Shown here: in pieces, positions 50,913-64,000 of the stretch
Layout of the letters: each line of letters opens with the position of its first letter
Numbering within the stretch: the stretch's first letter is position 1
NCBI RefSeq assembly: GCF_036588685.1
Contig: NC_086379.1
Location: 62,062,001 to 62,126,000 of the forward strand
Direction of reading: 5' to 3'
Length of the DNA: 64,000 nucleotides
Source: Mytilus trossulus
Lineage: Eukaryota
Notes under the pieces: model-generated
Told to the model about the DNA's origin: nothing
What the model saw: the letters and a program-made list of their open reading frames with translations, nothing else
Database searches by the model: none
Made by a program: the position numbers and the translations under genes

Positions 50913-53383
50913 GGTTACACGCCATTATTCCGACAGCCCATTATTCCGACAGCCCATTGCTCCGACAACCCATTAGTCCGACAGCCCATTGGTCCGACAA
51001 CCCAATAGTCCGACAACCCATTGCTCCGACAGCCCAATACTCCGACAACCCATAAGTCCGACACTTATCAAGTCAAGTTTATGGGTTTCAGGGTAAAATA
51101 AAACTTGTCTGTCTGTATTACGTTTAGATAATTATGTAATTATATATTTTAACAAATAACTCCGTATATATAACATAAGGCTGAGGTAGTTCGAATACTT
51201 TCTATACACTCAATTCGAAATCTTTATATAAAAAAGACCAGAAAATATTATTTTTTTTCCCAAATTAAAGGGTATATAAACAGCACATAAATAAAAAAAA
51301 CCAAACAAAAAAAAACAGTGATTGTGCGAGCTTCTGATGATGCCCCCGCACAAATACTTCGTTGTTGAGTTGTGAATCTGAAAAAACCTCACACCGCCTA
51401 TCTGACTTATTTAAACCTTGAAACCAAATTTCAGTAATCTTTGTTTTGTAGTTCCTGAGAAAAATGTTACGAAAATTTTCAACTTGGCTATCATGTGAAA
51501 AGTGTTCGTTAAACAGGCATTTGTTGAGTAATGAATCTGAAAACGTATCGAACGATATAGCCGACTTCAAAAAACCTTTCAGAAATCCTTGTAATGTCGT
51601 TCATGAAAAACATGCATCAAAAATATCCATGGGACGGACGGGCGAACTGATGAACTGGCTGACTGATGAGTGGACGGTTGAATGGACGGACAGACAGAGG
51701 TAAAACGGTATGTTCCCACTTTTGCGAAGCGGCGGTATAATGGGTCAATTTTAAGACTTTACAATACTAAATAGCATAGTAATATGATATACTTATCTTT
51801 ATAACACTGTAAGCCTCGGTCATAATCGGACTAGTACATTGATATTAAGTAACAGTCAGTATCAAACCATGTACTACATAATTCAAAAGAACTAACAATA
51901 TAATCATCATTTTTCCCCCTAAAAAAGTAAAGTTTTTTTGTGTTTACATCGAAGATTAATCATATTTATCTAACTTTTCAAAGTTCTGACATGTGCTCGA
52001 CTGAATATGCTAAAAGAGTAAATCCCTCTTTTGATAATGTGAGCATTCGATTGAAAAATGACGCTCATCCTCAACTTTATCAGCTGTACATTACGATTTT
52101 TGAAATTGGCATTTTCAATTCTTAATGTAATGGGTGAGCGCCGATTCTTAATTAACATATAAACTTTCTTTCTTAAAATCAATCATTGATATCTACATAT
52201 TTTTCTCCTTGAAAACAATCTTTAAATGAAAAAAAGGTGTCAAGTTTGCCACAAAACACATAATGTAGTAAGTTTCCACAATTCGACAATTTAAGAAAGA
52301 CACAAGCAGGACAATAATGGCACACATTGTCTTAGATTTCTTACTAGTTGTTAATGGCTTTTATACTGCACTCATTCGTTCTATTTGAGCAGTCGAAAAA
52401 ACGTTGACTGTATATTTCTATCTCACCAACAGTCACCGACCCGATGAATATTTTTAAAAATAGAAGTTGCCGAAATTTTCATGTCCGTCATATACTTTTC
52501 GTAATAAGTTTTGTTGTAAATCATCAGTTATGCACTTCTTTTATAAAAGAGGCATATTTTTCTAGATTTTGAAATATTTTTTAAGCTCGGTATCACTACA
52601 AAAAAATTGAGTGTCATCTCTCAGACTATGTCTGGTCGATCGCTATTGGAAGTGCTATATAGATATACTGTCTCCGTATTTCGTGGATTCACATTCCCGA
52701 ACATGATACCGTATTCATAATTGGAATTGCAAATCTTTTCTGAGCACAAATTTCGTCCGATTTGTCATCTTATTTTTAAGGCTCTGGGTATGTATGTGTC
52801 TTTTTGTTTTTTCTCAATTTGACTGAAGACCAAAGAGGGCGGTAGTGTTATCCAACTCCGATATATATTCTTTATGTAGTTAATAGTGATGAAACCTCAC
52901 TCCCCTGATACACGAAAGGGGGTAACCGACGATCTAGTGAAAGAAGCTAAATTAAGACAAACACAAAAAACACAGCGAACAAGAACAGCTCAGACTAACA
53001 GTCGACACACAAACGACGAAATGTAAAGAAAAATGAAATACCTCTACTAGAGACACGTAAAACGAAAGAGGGACCAGCTAGGTAAGGACTGAGCAGTTGC
53101 AATAAGCATGTGTATCAACTCCAGAATACTGAGACTTATATCCCGCATGGAAAGAATAATTGGGATCAAAACGGACAATCACAAATATTACAGAGAACGG
53201 AGTTGGACTTTTTAGAGAAAATTTACCGATACACTTAAGAAAAAATTATTGTCGGAATAATGGGCTGTCGGAGTATTGGGTTGTCGGAATAGTGGGCTGT
53301 CGGAGTAATGGGCTGTCGGAATAGTGGGTTGTCGGAGTAATGGGCTGTCGGAATAATGGTTGTCGGACTAATGGGATGTCACC
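50913..53383. mobile_element. 2.47-kb non-autonomous TIR DNA transposon with 16-bp tandem subterminal arrays and 8-bp TSD (Merlin-like termini)
   Basis: Ends GGTTACACGCCATTATTCCGACA / TGTCGGACTAATGGGATGTCACC; (CCCATTATTCCGACAG)n at 50921-51063 and inverted at 53249-53375; AAAATTAC at 50905-50912 and 53384-53391. Confidence 0.88.
51325..51740. mobile_element. HINE/Helentron-like element, same family as 6991-7463, nested in the TIR element
   Basis: Shared core (aaaccaaatttcag..atcttt/ccttgt..tgtagttcctgagaaaaatg..acgaaaattttcaacttggctatcatgtg), GACG/GACA microsatellite, gacagaggtaaaac and a terminal palindrome. Confidence 0.7.
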
Positions 53384-54008
53384 AAAATTACATAGGGAGA
53401 ACCCAACGTCTGTGTCATCACTGCTTATCACATGGATCAAATTCTATTGAAGATGAGACCCATTTTACAGTAAATTGTCCTTTATATAATGAACAGAGAA
53501 ATTTATTATTTGATAAAGTTAACACTTTTTGTACTAATTTTAAAGAACTACCTAAGGATAAGAAATATTTCTGGCTGTTAACAAATGAGCATTTACCAAC
53601 TCTCATATGCCTAGGAAATTACATGATTAAAGGTTTAGAAATAAGATCAAGATGAAAGCAAAATATATGAAATGATATTTTATTATTATAAGATTTAATA
53701 TAATAGTAATATAAGACACATGTCGTGTTAGGCTCTGATCCTGTCCATAACGTTATAGTATGGTATTAGTTTTCTGTTTTGCTTTTTCCAATTGTATCGT
53801 CATAATATTGTTGTAAAATGATGCCCTTTATGGGTTCTTGATTAGATTAAGAAAATTCTTATCTTATCTTATCTTATTCGTATGGTCGGCTATAAAAGGC
53901 AGATACATGAAAACTATGAAACAATTCAATTAAGAAAACTAACGGCCTAATCTATAACAAAACAATTTATAAAAACCCAATATGACAGACATGAAAAAAA
54001 CGAACTAC

Positions 54009-54170
54009 CAGTGGCGGATCCAGAAATTTTGATAATAAGAGGGGGCCCACTGACTGCCTTCGAGGGGCCCGCTCTCGTCATGCTTCAGTAAATCCCTATA
54101 TAATCAACCAAATTTTTCCACTAAAACGGTGGATCCAGGCCCCCTGAAAAATCCTCTAAATCCGCCTCTG
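54009..54170. mobile_element. Short MITE with CAGTGGCGGAT TIR
   Basis: CAGTGGCGGATCCAG...TAAATCCGCCTCTG; a truncated sibling lies at 59610-59738. Confidence 0.75.
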
Positions 54171-54249
54171 CCTACATGCTCCTAACTTGGGATAGGCACA
54201 ACACCACTCTTAAAGATCAGGGGATGGTTGAACGCTCACAGTTGTGCTA

Positions 54250-54562
54250 AACCCTGCCATATTTTACCGGTATATGTGTCTGTCCCAAGCCAGAAGCCTG
54301 TATTTCAGTGGTTGTCGCTTGTTGCTTTCTGTCATATTCGTTTTGGTATATTGTTTTGTTATACATAAGGTTGGTTTGTTTTCTATATTTTGAATCGTTA
54401 CCTATTTTGTCATATCGGGCCTTTTATATCAGACTATAGGGTATGGGTTTTGCTCATTGTTGAAGATCGTACGGTAGCCTTTAGTTGCTTAAATCTGCCT
54501 CGTTTATACACTGTTGTGTTGTAGTTTTTGTCATTGGCAATCATACAACATCTTCTTATTTT
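54250..54562 (+). mobile_element. SINE-like repeat, diverged sibling of 58250-58755
   Basis: ctgtcccaagccagaagcctgtatttcagtggttgtcg...gctcattgttgaag..cgtacggt...cattggcaatcatacaacatcttctt. Confidence 0.65.
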
Positions 54563-55703
54563 ATAAAGATTATAGAACGTTTTTCATTAATTTTGATTCA
54601 TTGTTTCACCTTATATATCATAAAAATTATAGTACGTTCTTTGGTGGAATGTAAGTTAATATCTGAAATGCATGTATATTCCTACATAACACAAATTGTC
54701 ATAGTTTAAAGATTGTGACCATCCCCACAAAGATTACCAGTCATTACCTGTATCACGACACCTCACACAATCATTACGATGCATGTCTAAGTATTTGACA
54801 ATTAGATGACTTGCTCCGTTTTTCATAGAAAGCTACAAGGATTTTGTTTTAACATTTATCATAATGATAAAGTGAATTAAACATGTATTTTCGTGTATTC
54901 AATTTTAATGACTTTTTTCTCGGAATCATAATTATTTGATTATAACAACAACACGTTTGTAATCAATCAACTTATTTCTTAATCACTGACTTTTTTACGT
55001 TGCAATTTGGTTTATCCTAAAGGCAGGCGTTTAATACAGGATTTTTCCTAGGCATTCAGTAGCATACAAACAATGCACTGATATATCTATCTCATAAACG
55101 ATATTTATAGATTATCGTTGATTATCTCAACGAGAATGATTTTCTCGCTTGAGCTGGAACAGCGAAAGTGAGAAAAGCAATCGAGTTGAGATGACCAATG
55201 ATAATCTGTTTATCGCTATTTTACCTCTGACGACGTTGTCAATTTCAATGTCAATTTCGTTAACAACGCACGTGGCGTCCTTAGTTTCTAGCGATAATTT
55301 TTCCATCTCAAGCGAGTAGCATGATATGAAAATTATCACAAATAAAGATCAAAGGAAAAATGCACAAAATAGCGATAATGTCAATTATATAAACATTTAC
55401 ACCTGTTTATCCGGATGTCGATATGATATATAGTTGTTTGTTTGTATTCTAACAGTACAGTACCCTACGTCAAAGCAATAATATTTTGATGGTATTCAGG
55501 AAATATTGTCGGACAAGATTTCTGGTTATAATCTTACAAGAAACCACATTAACAAATCAAGGTCACAAACATTGATAAAACAGAAAAACAACACGAAGCA
55601 AGACCAATGAAATTAAAGACACAACTTGATGTTCCTGTCAAATAATTATGGGAAATAACTAACATTTCGATTCAACTAAATTGTTAACACTTACTTTCCA
55701 GAT

Positions 55704-58700
55704 ATGACGAAAAATGACGTTCGAAAAATGGCAAAACCGGAGGTTTCTACAATTCCAGATGTTTTAATCACTCAAACAGGATCTGAGCCATCATCGAAAG
55801 CAGCAAAAGAAAAGCTTTACAGCGATCTTTCATTGGAAATGACTTCTTTAGACGAGGCATCTGATGGAGGATGGGGATGGTTCATTGTGGTCAGCAGTAT
55901 GATGATCCATTTTATTGTTGGTTTGTATCTAAATTTAACGACATTATACCGTTGAGCAAAGGAGTATGATCTTAGCTTGCGAAATTAATCAATAAACTGT
56001 AGAGTAGATAATTTATTTAAACAAATTGTTTAATATTTGACAATATTTACTGTATATAATTGACAACTTTTTGAAATAAAGGTAATAGTATAAGAAGTAA
56101 ATACCAATTTATATAAAGAAATTTAACAATATTCATACTTTTCATCATTTATTTTTATTCCAGCTGGTTTAAATAGGGCAGCAGGAATATTATACTTGAG
56201 GTTTGAAGAGAAATTCAACAAACCTGCTTCAATCACAGCTTGGGTTACTTCATTGTCGGTCAGTTTGACATTGGCAGGAGGCGAGTACTTCAGAAATTCT
56301 TTAACACTTGATTGACATGATAATGTTTTTATGCATAGCTCTTATTCCTTTTCCAGGTTTTACTATACTTTTGATTTTCGTTTATATATGCTTACCAAAC
56401 AAAAAGGGGGAAGATGTCAAAAGGAACAATCAAAATTCATAAATCGAAGAAAAATCGACGACATCTGAGCAATAAACGAAAAGAAAAACGCAAGCCAATA
56501 AAACAAAATCAACCCATCGCTTCCCAGAAAACTTAAGCGGATGTAATGTCAGGTGCATCGGAAAGGTCAACACATCCTGCTTGGAGAGTATCGCAATAAT
56601 AAAACCTCGCTATTATATATATCTGATACATAAATCTATATGCAGATTTCGCATTTCTGTCCATTCTTTAAATTTCGCAATAATAAATGGACGGAATAAT
56701 TTCACAGAATATTGAAAGTGATGGTTTGGTCATTTTGTTTTGAAGGTCCTGTAGCATCAGCATTATGTAACAGATTTTCATACAGATGGGTTGTTGTAGC
56801 AGGGGGAATTGTTTTAGCTGTATCCATGGTGATGTCGGCATTCTCTTCCAACTTGTATGTTTTGTTTGTCAGCTATGGGGTTATTGGAGGTATACCAATA
56901 AATTATGTGATTTTATTTATACAATAGAGAACACAATCATACTTTTTTTTTATTATAACTATCCTGTTTAAATCGTAAAAGAAGTTATTTGGGTGTCAAG
57001 ACACATCTGTGTTTCATATAACAAATATGCATAAGAACAACACATTTAAAACCCTATAAAATTAGAAAAAGAAACATTCAATTCTTATAATAACTTTTCT
57101 TCATGCATGCCCAGCCATGAAATTAAGAGAACTTTAAAATATTTTTTCAATATCCATTATTTTGACATTGTCACGGGAAGCACGTGCAGTCACTGCGGTT
57201 GTATTATATATACAGATATTTTCGAGTGCCTTTCGTTTGTTGTACGTAAGTCAAACTTTTTATTTTCCAATTAAATCCTACACTCACGACAGCACGTACT
57301 TCTTGTGACAACACCTAAACGATAGAAAGATAAAAGAAATTTTTAATGAAATTCGTAATTGCATGGTTATACATATATCATTTAAAGAGGCAAAAGATAT
57401 CAAAGTGACATTCAAACTCACAAGTTTAAAAAATAGTTCTTTCGTGTCATGCTCTATGCTCCTTTTAACATGGATAGGCATTATCTTTGTTTATGTCTTA
57501 GCGAGGTATTAAATGTTTACAAATATAATGCCTACACATGTTAAAATGAGAATAGAGCATGACATGATAGAATTATTTCGGTTCTAGTAGGACAAATTTG
57601 AACATTTGTACTTTGAATCGGACCTATAATACACACTCGAAAGGCATCCATTTTGATTTAATGAACAAAACACATAAAACAAGAATGTGTCCCAAGTACA
57701 CTGATGCCCCATCCGCACTATCATTTTCTATGTTCAGTGGACCGTGAAAACGGGGTAAACACTCTAATTTGGCATTAAAATTAGATGGCTCATATCATAG
57801 AGAACATGTGTACTAAGTTTCAAATTGATTGGACTTACACTTCATCAAAAACTACGTCGACCAAAAACTTTAACCTGAAGCGGGACAGACGGACGGACGA
57901 ACAGACGAACGAACGAACAGACGGACGCACAGGCCAGAAAACATAATGCCCATCAATGGGGCATAAAAACCAACAGTTTGACGATAAAAAATTCACTGAC
58001 ACATTTTACTTAATTTTAGAATGAGTTTATTTAATTTCCTAGCGAGCAACACCAACACACATGTCCATGTTGATCTCCGGCTTTGTTCAAAATTCAACTG
58101 ACGTTGCAATTATAATTGTGATTGTGACTAGCCTCAATCACGCGCAGCCCATGTTTTATTGGAATAAGAACATGTCTTTGTATCCAAAGCCAAAGAAGAA
58201 CGTCAAATTAGAAAAGAAAATAAACAGTTTAGTCTTAGATGCATGATTTTTTTATTAGTTGTTAGTGGCTCTCAGATCTGTTCATTGTGTCTTTTTGTGT
58301 CGGGATGTATAAGTACCCGGCCACGTCCACTTGTATTTTTGTCCATCTGATGAGTTAAGCCTTTTTGATTTTTCTAGTTCGTTCTTATGTTGTACTGTTA
58401 TACCACTGTCCCAGGTTAGGGGGAGGGTTGGGATCCCGCTAACATGTTAAACCCCGCCACATTATTTATGTATGTGCCTGTCCCAAGTCAGGAGCCTGTA
58501 ATTCAGTGGTTGTCGTTTGTTTATGTGTTACATATTTGTTTTTCGTTCATTTTTTTTACATAAATAAGGCCGTTATTTTTTCGTTTCAATTGTTTTTCTT
58601 GTCTTATCGGGGCCTTTTATAGCTGACTATGCGGTATGGGCTTTGCTCATTGTTGAAGGCCGTACGGTGACCTATAGTTGTTAATGTCTGTGTCATTTTA

Positions 58701-61570
58701 GTCTTTTGTGGATAGTTGTCCCATTGGCAATCATACCACATCTTCTTTTTTATATTGACATAGCCATGGCCAAAAAAGAAAATGACAAACAGTACACTAA
58801 ACACAGCACAGAAAATCATAGACTGGGCTTCATATTTGACACCCGGTAAACCAACTCGTGATGACGTCCGTAAAATTTACGAAGGGATCATTTCCAACTT
58901 CATCACTCGGGACTCGTGGTTTAATAGCTTCAATAAAGTGTAATTATAAGAATTGAATGCTTCGTTTTGTAATTTTGTAGTGCTGTAAAATGGTTGATCG
59001 CACATTTTTGTCGAAAGCGTGTCATACAAAATGTGTTTCGGTCAACGCTTTTACTCCCCGATAAAAAACCAGAAAGAAGCATTAAACTCTTAAATGAAAT
59101 ATGAATTGCATGCATGGTAAATAGTAGATTAAATGCTTTGAAGATTTTTAGAGATACTACAAATTCATGAAGTGGAAAAAAGTATAAAGAAAAAGATCGA
59201 ATGAGGTTAAAACAAATAATTCAGACGGTCTATATTAAGCGCAGTGCTTTACTTTTTTCAGGTATCGGTAAGACTTTGGCTTACGGACCGGGTGTGGTAA
59301 TCGTAGGAATGTATTTTAGTCGAAGACGTGGTATAGCAGTTGGTCTGGGTACCTCCGGTGTGGCACTAGGTGCCTTTGCTGTGCCAACTTTGGTTGAGTT
59401 CTCATTTTCAGAATACGGATATTTTGGAGCTTTTATAATCATGACAGGAATTGCTTTACAGTTGGTTGTGTGTGGATTTCTATTGCGCCCATTATCATTA
59501 CACAAACAGATTACAGAATATGATAGAAGGTTTGTCTATTATATTTATACCATATATAAAAAGAACTTCAACCAAGTCACGTGTTAATGTTAAAGAATAA
59601 CTTACGTATCAGTGGCGGATCCAGAACTTTTCCTAAGGGGGGGGGGGGGGGGGGGGGGCGCTGACTGGCCTAAGGGGGGCCCTCTCCAGGTATGCTTCAG
59701 TGATTCCTTATATAATCAACCAAATTTTTCCCACGAAATCAGTCAAAATGTCGAAATCGGGAAAAAAGACACAAATAGTCAAAACTAACGACAAAAGTTA
59801 ACCAAGTTAAATGTATAATTGATTATATGTAACATATTTTATATTGGTTATATTTATTGATTGGTGTTTGCTTTACAAACAAAAAAAGCAAAAAAGGCTA
59901 TATCGCTGCGAGAGCTTATTCTATTCAAAGTTATATTAGTTATAACGTCTGCACGTGCGATTGAAATGAAATCGGGTAGTTAAACAGAAAAAACATCAAT
60001 ATTTTATTTTTATTTTGTAGAAAACTACAAATATTGAAGTGGAATGATGATAATAAGAGTCTCGTATGTTTGGCTAAATCACAAGAACATGCTAAAACTT
60101 TACCAACGGATACAGTGCACAGACCTAGTAAAATAATTGTTAAGGATAGTAACCGTTTTGCTAATGCCAGTCTGAAAGTCGATGAGAAAAATAAAGAAAC
60201 AAAACAAAATGGAAAGTTTTGTGACTTTTCTCTCTTAAGAAATAATCGTTTCAGTAGTTTATGCGCAGCAGTTGTGCTTTTTAACGTTTCTTACCAGTCC
60301 AGCATGATATTTCTTCCCGCGCTTTCAGTAAAATTGGGAATCGATGAGTTTGAATCGTTTCCGGTTGTAGTTGTCGGTATTTGTGACGGCCTTGGGAGAA
60401 TCATATCAGGATTTCTGTTTGACCGCAAGTGCATAAAGCCTATAAGATGCTATATTTACAATGCAGCGCTATTCTGTTTGGGAGTTACGACAATGTTTAT
60501 CCCGTTGGTTAGAAATACCACACAATTCGGTATAGTATGTGCTATACTTGGATTGTTCCTTGGAAACGGTGTATCTCAGCAGTCAGTTGTTATTGTTGAT
60601 ATCCTAGGAGAAGAAAACTTATCTTGTGGTTTTGGAATACTAATACTGTTTCAAGGAATAGGAACATTTATAGGTCCTCCTTTGTCTGGTACGTATATAC
60701 ATAGCAAGGTTATAGGTAAAATAAATGGCTTCAAATAAACAGCTGATTCCAAGGAAACAACCAAATTCAAATATCAAAGTAATGATGGATACAACATAAT
60801 AACTATATTCAAATCTCCTTCAATAACAACTAGTATAACAACAACAACAATAACAATACACCTATCACCCTCAATAACAAGACCAGCGACACCCACATTA
60901 ATGTAACAATTATATGCACACGAAACAGTCGTTCCATCTTTAAAGACTGAAGCTAGAAAATATAAAACATTGAGAGCGTAAATATCCAAAAAGGACTTGG
61001 AATGAAAAAAAACACATCCATATTGATGACTTTCGTCTGTGGGAGTTGCACTCTTTGGTTTAAGTTTAATTACTAGAAATGGAATACTAGTAATTATACT
61101 ACAACTTTTTATTTAATTACAGTATTGTGTACTATTAACAAATGTTCTTTGGAGTAATTGTTAAAATCATCTGTCCATTTTCTTCATCCATCTAAATGTA
61201 TGTCCCTTTTGTTAAGTTATCCTCATCCTGTATTTTAATTTAATTATTTTCAAATTTCAGTTGCTAGTGTTTCTTAACGTGGCGCTTTAGATTTAGACTT
61301 TTCTTTTCAATTATTGACTGTGGTCAAATGTATTTGAATAAAACTGAATATTCCATACGTTACCATGAAACCTAAACTACACTCAACTTTCTCTTTGTAG
61401 GTTTACTAAAGGATATAAATGGATCGTACGATTATGCCTTTTATTTAGGTGTTGTATGTGCTATCCTTGGTGCAGCTATTTTTATGGGAGCCAATATTGT
61501 GCATTATAAATTGGAGAAAAATATGTACAGTATAGAATCAAAAGACGCTTTTAATTGTCATAAATTATAG
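55704..61570 (+). CDS. Monocarboxylate transporter (SLC16 family, MFS), 527 aa, 6 coding exons
   Basis: Exons 55704-55920, 56164-56280, 56746-56889, 59262-59529, 60021-60688, 61401-61570 (1584 nt). SLC16 motifs: DGGWGWFIV, AWVTS, GPVASALCNRF, SYGVIGGIG, YFSRRRGIAVG, LLRP, GRIISG, GPPLSGLLKDINGSY. Intron 2 has a GC donor. Confidence 0.93.
57431..57578. mobile_element. Palindromic MITE in SLC16 intron 3
   Basis: ~60-bp arms aaatagttctttcgtgtcatgctctat...ttttaacatg..taggcattat / ataatgccta..catgttaaaa...atagagcatgacatgatagaattattt. Confidence 0.75.
57678..57968. mobile_element. HINE/Helentron-like element (second family)
   Basis: Starts aacaag; (GACG/GAAC/GACA)n at 57882-57926; terminal palindrome atgccc-atcaat-ggggcat. 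Confidence 0.65.
58250..58755 (+). mobile_element. SINE-like interspersed repeat
   Basis: Shares a central motif with 22270-22605 and body and tail with 54250-54562; the tail ttggca(a/c)tcataccacatcttct also occurs as fragments at ~32270-32310 (+) and ~33525-33570 (-). Confidence 0.65.
59610..59738. mobile_element. Truncated CAGTGGCGGAT MITE with poly-G tract
   Basis: Colinear with 54009-54122; lacks the right TIR. Confidence 0.7.
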
Positions 61571-64000
61571 ATCTTTAAGAAATTGGTAGAAGAAAATTGA
61601 AATGTTTCTAATGTATTTATTATTTATTGAAAATATCCGTTAATTGTTACTTTTTAATTCAAGGAATAAAAGATCATACACAAGTCTTTTCTTTTGTGTT
61701 TATATTTTTAAATTCTTGGGATTCATGTCGTTTTTTGGGTGTTTTTTTTTTGGGGGGGGGGGGTCGAGGTGTTTAGTTGCTACATAATACTTACAAATTT
61801 TTGAATAATTGTTTAAGAAAAAACTAGTGCGTGCTTTGCTACAGAAAGTTCCAAAACCATTTTTCAAAATGTAAGAAAACAGACTTACATCATTTTACAA
61901 AGTAGTGAGTCGTCTGAAGTTATATCTGGAACTCATGCTGAGTAAATCACCGATGGAATATTCATAACAATTTGACAAGATTTCTTACATAATTTCAGCC
62001 TTACATTGTGCAATTTCATTTTTGAGTTTTATGTGGCATTACATGTACACAAAAAGGGTAGACGTGTCATATCTGCAGCTATTAGCTGGATTTCGATAAA
62101 ACTTTCATAGAACCCGTTTTACATAATATAATGGCTATTGTGCACTCCTTTTATCTGCATATTTTGTGGTATTTTATAAAGCAAATGTTAGCTTGGCATA
62201 TCGATGTACCAATGGGAGTGGACGCAGGTTTATATTTGTGACCTCCTATACAGTTATCAGTTATTTTGCGACGTAAGTATCGCTATAAACTTCGTTGTTT
62301 TTCTGTTTCATGTAAATCAATAACTCCTTGTCAATCGTTATTGGTACATATGTACTCGTTCTCCGAGGAGTGCAAGCACGTAGGTATTTCGAAATGTATT
62401 ATTTCAACTTTATAATACACAAATGAATACTATTTTTGATAAAAAAAAACAACAAAAAAAACCACTAAAACATAAGCGTTTTGGATTTCATAAATTTGTA
62501 ATTTTAAAACTTCATTCAAAAGTGACACTGAGATGTATTGTATCTTTAAATATCCATAAACAAATTTAAAATAAGATTTAACCTGGAAAATATTTCGGTT
62601 AAATGGTGAACGAATTTAATATTTGGTATTCGGGTGTTTATTTATCATTTTTGTCTCTTATAGAAATGTTGCATACTAATCTAAAATTGCCTCTATATCT
62701 AAACTTAATGTTGGAATGAAACCTGAAAGAATACAAATTGCTATTACGAGAATTAAAAAAGAACATGGTATGGCTTACACCAAGACCGATAAGACAAGAA
62801 GGTGAATTTCTACACACCGGCTGGTTGTCGTAAGGTTTACAACAGTTTAATGTTCAAGGTTCTATGTTTTGATGCGATTGGGCATCTTTAGGCCTTCACA
62901 AGAGCCACCTCAAGTATTTTATTTCACAGTTGGTTCTCACACACCAAACTTTGCTTTTAAAACTCTTTATTTGTAATGTATATCTTAAACTCTAAACAAG
63001 GATGTCAAATTAACCGAATTAACAACTGACAACATTAAACAAGTAGATCTAAACATAACTAAATATGCATTACAATATTTGCTATTTTTGTACAGTTATG
63101 AGTTTTCATGATCTCTAATTCTGACTGTCGATACTGTAAATCTATAATTTGACATTGTACAAGGTCATATATTTCTCAGGCTGTTTTTCAATGTGAATCA
63201 TTTTACTGCACTTTTTTCCTGGGATGATATAAAATTAAGCAATGCTTTTCTACCTTTTTATGTCGTTTTGAAAAATATTGGTTAGTATGAAATAAATCAC
63301 ACGAATTGTTCATTTGAATGAAAATTTTACTAGTAAATTGCATTCCTGCAATAAGTTTTCTATAATAACACGCTGAAATTTCTAGTAGTAGGAACTTTTA
63401 CTCAGTTTTTAAAGTTTGTTTTTTCTTCAATTTTTAAAATGTTGAGCAACACTAATTTTGTTAACATATAGAAAATACATTGCAAATAATTATCTTTTTA
63501 TAGACTTGTTGCAGATTTATATATGGTTCAAATTGAATTGTCTATCTTTTACAAGAAAAGAAAATCAACTAATACAAAAAATATCATCACAAATGTACAG
63601 AAGTAGGTAACATAAGGTTAAGTTTTTATTGTCAGCCGTTTCAGGCGGAAACCCAGTTGAAATAGAACAAAAGAATCGAAACTCTTTGTTAGAGAAGGCG
63701 ACAAATGCTTACTGTTACGTGTTATGTTTACTATGACTATAGTAACAAACATTTTAAAAGATAATAGAAACAAATAAAACGACAATTTTTTTCTCAATTA
63801 CGAAGTATTTTATATTTAAAACACCATTTGCATAAGTTTTCAATTTATCTATTATATATTAATGCAGAACAATTAGATATCAAGTCAAAGACATGGGTAC
63901 TATCTATCAAGTTGGATGTAGAAAAATGCAAAAAACAAAGATTTAAAAAAAAACACGGACGGAGAACATATCAATCTATTAGTTCAGTAATTTTCGTGTC

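Larger units (their letters stand above)
50600..53877 (+). mobile_element. 3' remnant of a LINE ORF2 (C-terminal Cys/His region), split by the TIR element at 50913-53383
   Basis: The left piece encodes ...KTDFVKEAYLSIKDLNIRRAICKMR..THDLRIE; the right piece encodes RLCHHCLSHGSNSIEDETHFTVNCPLYNEQRNLLF (CxxC..EDExHF..CxxY); (TCTTA)n tail at 53856-53877. The left boundary is approximate. Confidence 0.75.

Noticed and set aside
53246-53440. ORF with repeated PLFRQP/THYSDS peptide
   Set aside because: Translation of the 16-bp subterminal tandem array, not a gene.
58347-58353. CTGATGA as a hammerhead core
   Set aside because: No downstream GAAA and no closing stems.

Overview
AT-rich eukaryotic genomic DNA with spliceosomal introns; the repeat families suggest a bivalve mollusc such as Mytilus (inference). 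Four host genes were reconstructed by hand from splice sites and reading-frame phase: (1) the 5' part of a PDZ + ZM-motif (Zasp/PDLIM-like) gene on the minus strand, 12864 to at least 2171 and apparently running off the left end; (2) a complete type-B carboxylesterase with a signal peptide and a probable GPI tail (+, 24741-27225); (3) a complete 14-exon TTC38 (-, 48365-32938); (4) a complete 6-exon SLC16/MCT transporter with one GC-AG intron (+, 55704-61570). The non-coding DNA is dense with mobile elements: a decayed CR1-group LINE carrying a 2A-like peptide and PHD finger and interrupted by a TA-flanked MITE, a second LINE 3' end split by a 2.47-kb TIR element with an 8-bp TSD, several MITEs, Helentron/HINE-like elements, SINE-like repeats and a 36-bp satellite with a 7-mer higher-order repeat. 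The two most unusual signals are (a) a very young insertion in (TA)n about 100 bp upstream of the TTC38 start codon, built from apparently identical, circularly permuted, inverted and tandem copies of a 441-bp unit with a tRNA-like Pol III promoter, a T7 terminator and a GAAA-capped hairpin, and (b) two core-intact minimal type I hammerhead ribozymes in TTC38 introns, one of them on the pre-mRNA strand. All coordinates were read by eye and no searches were run.
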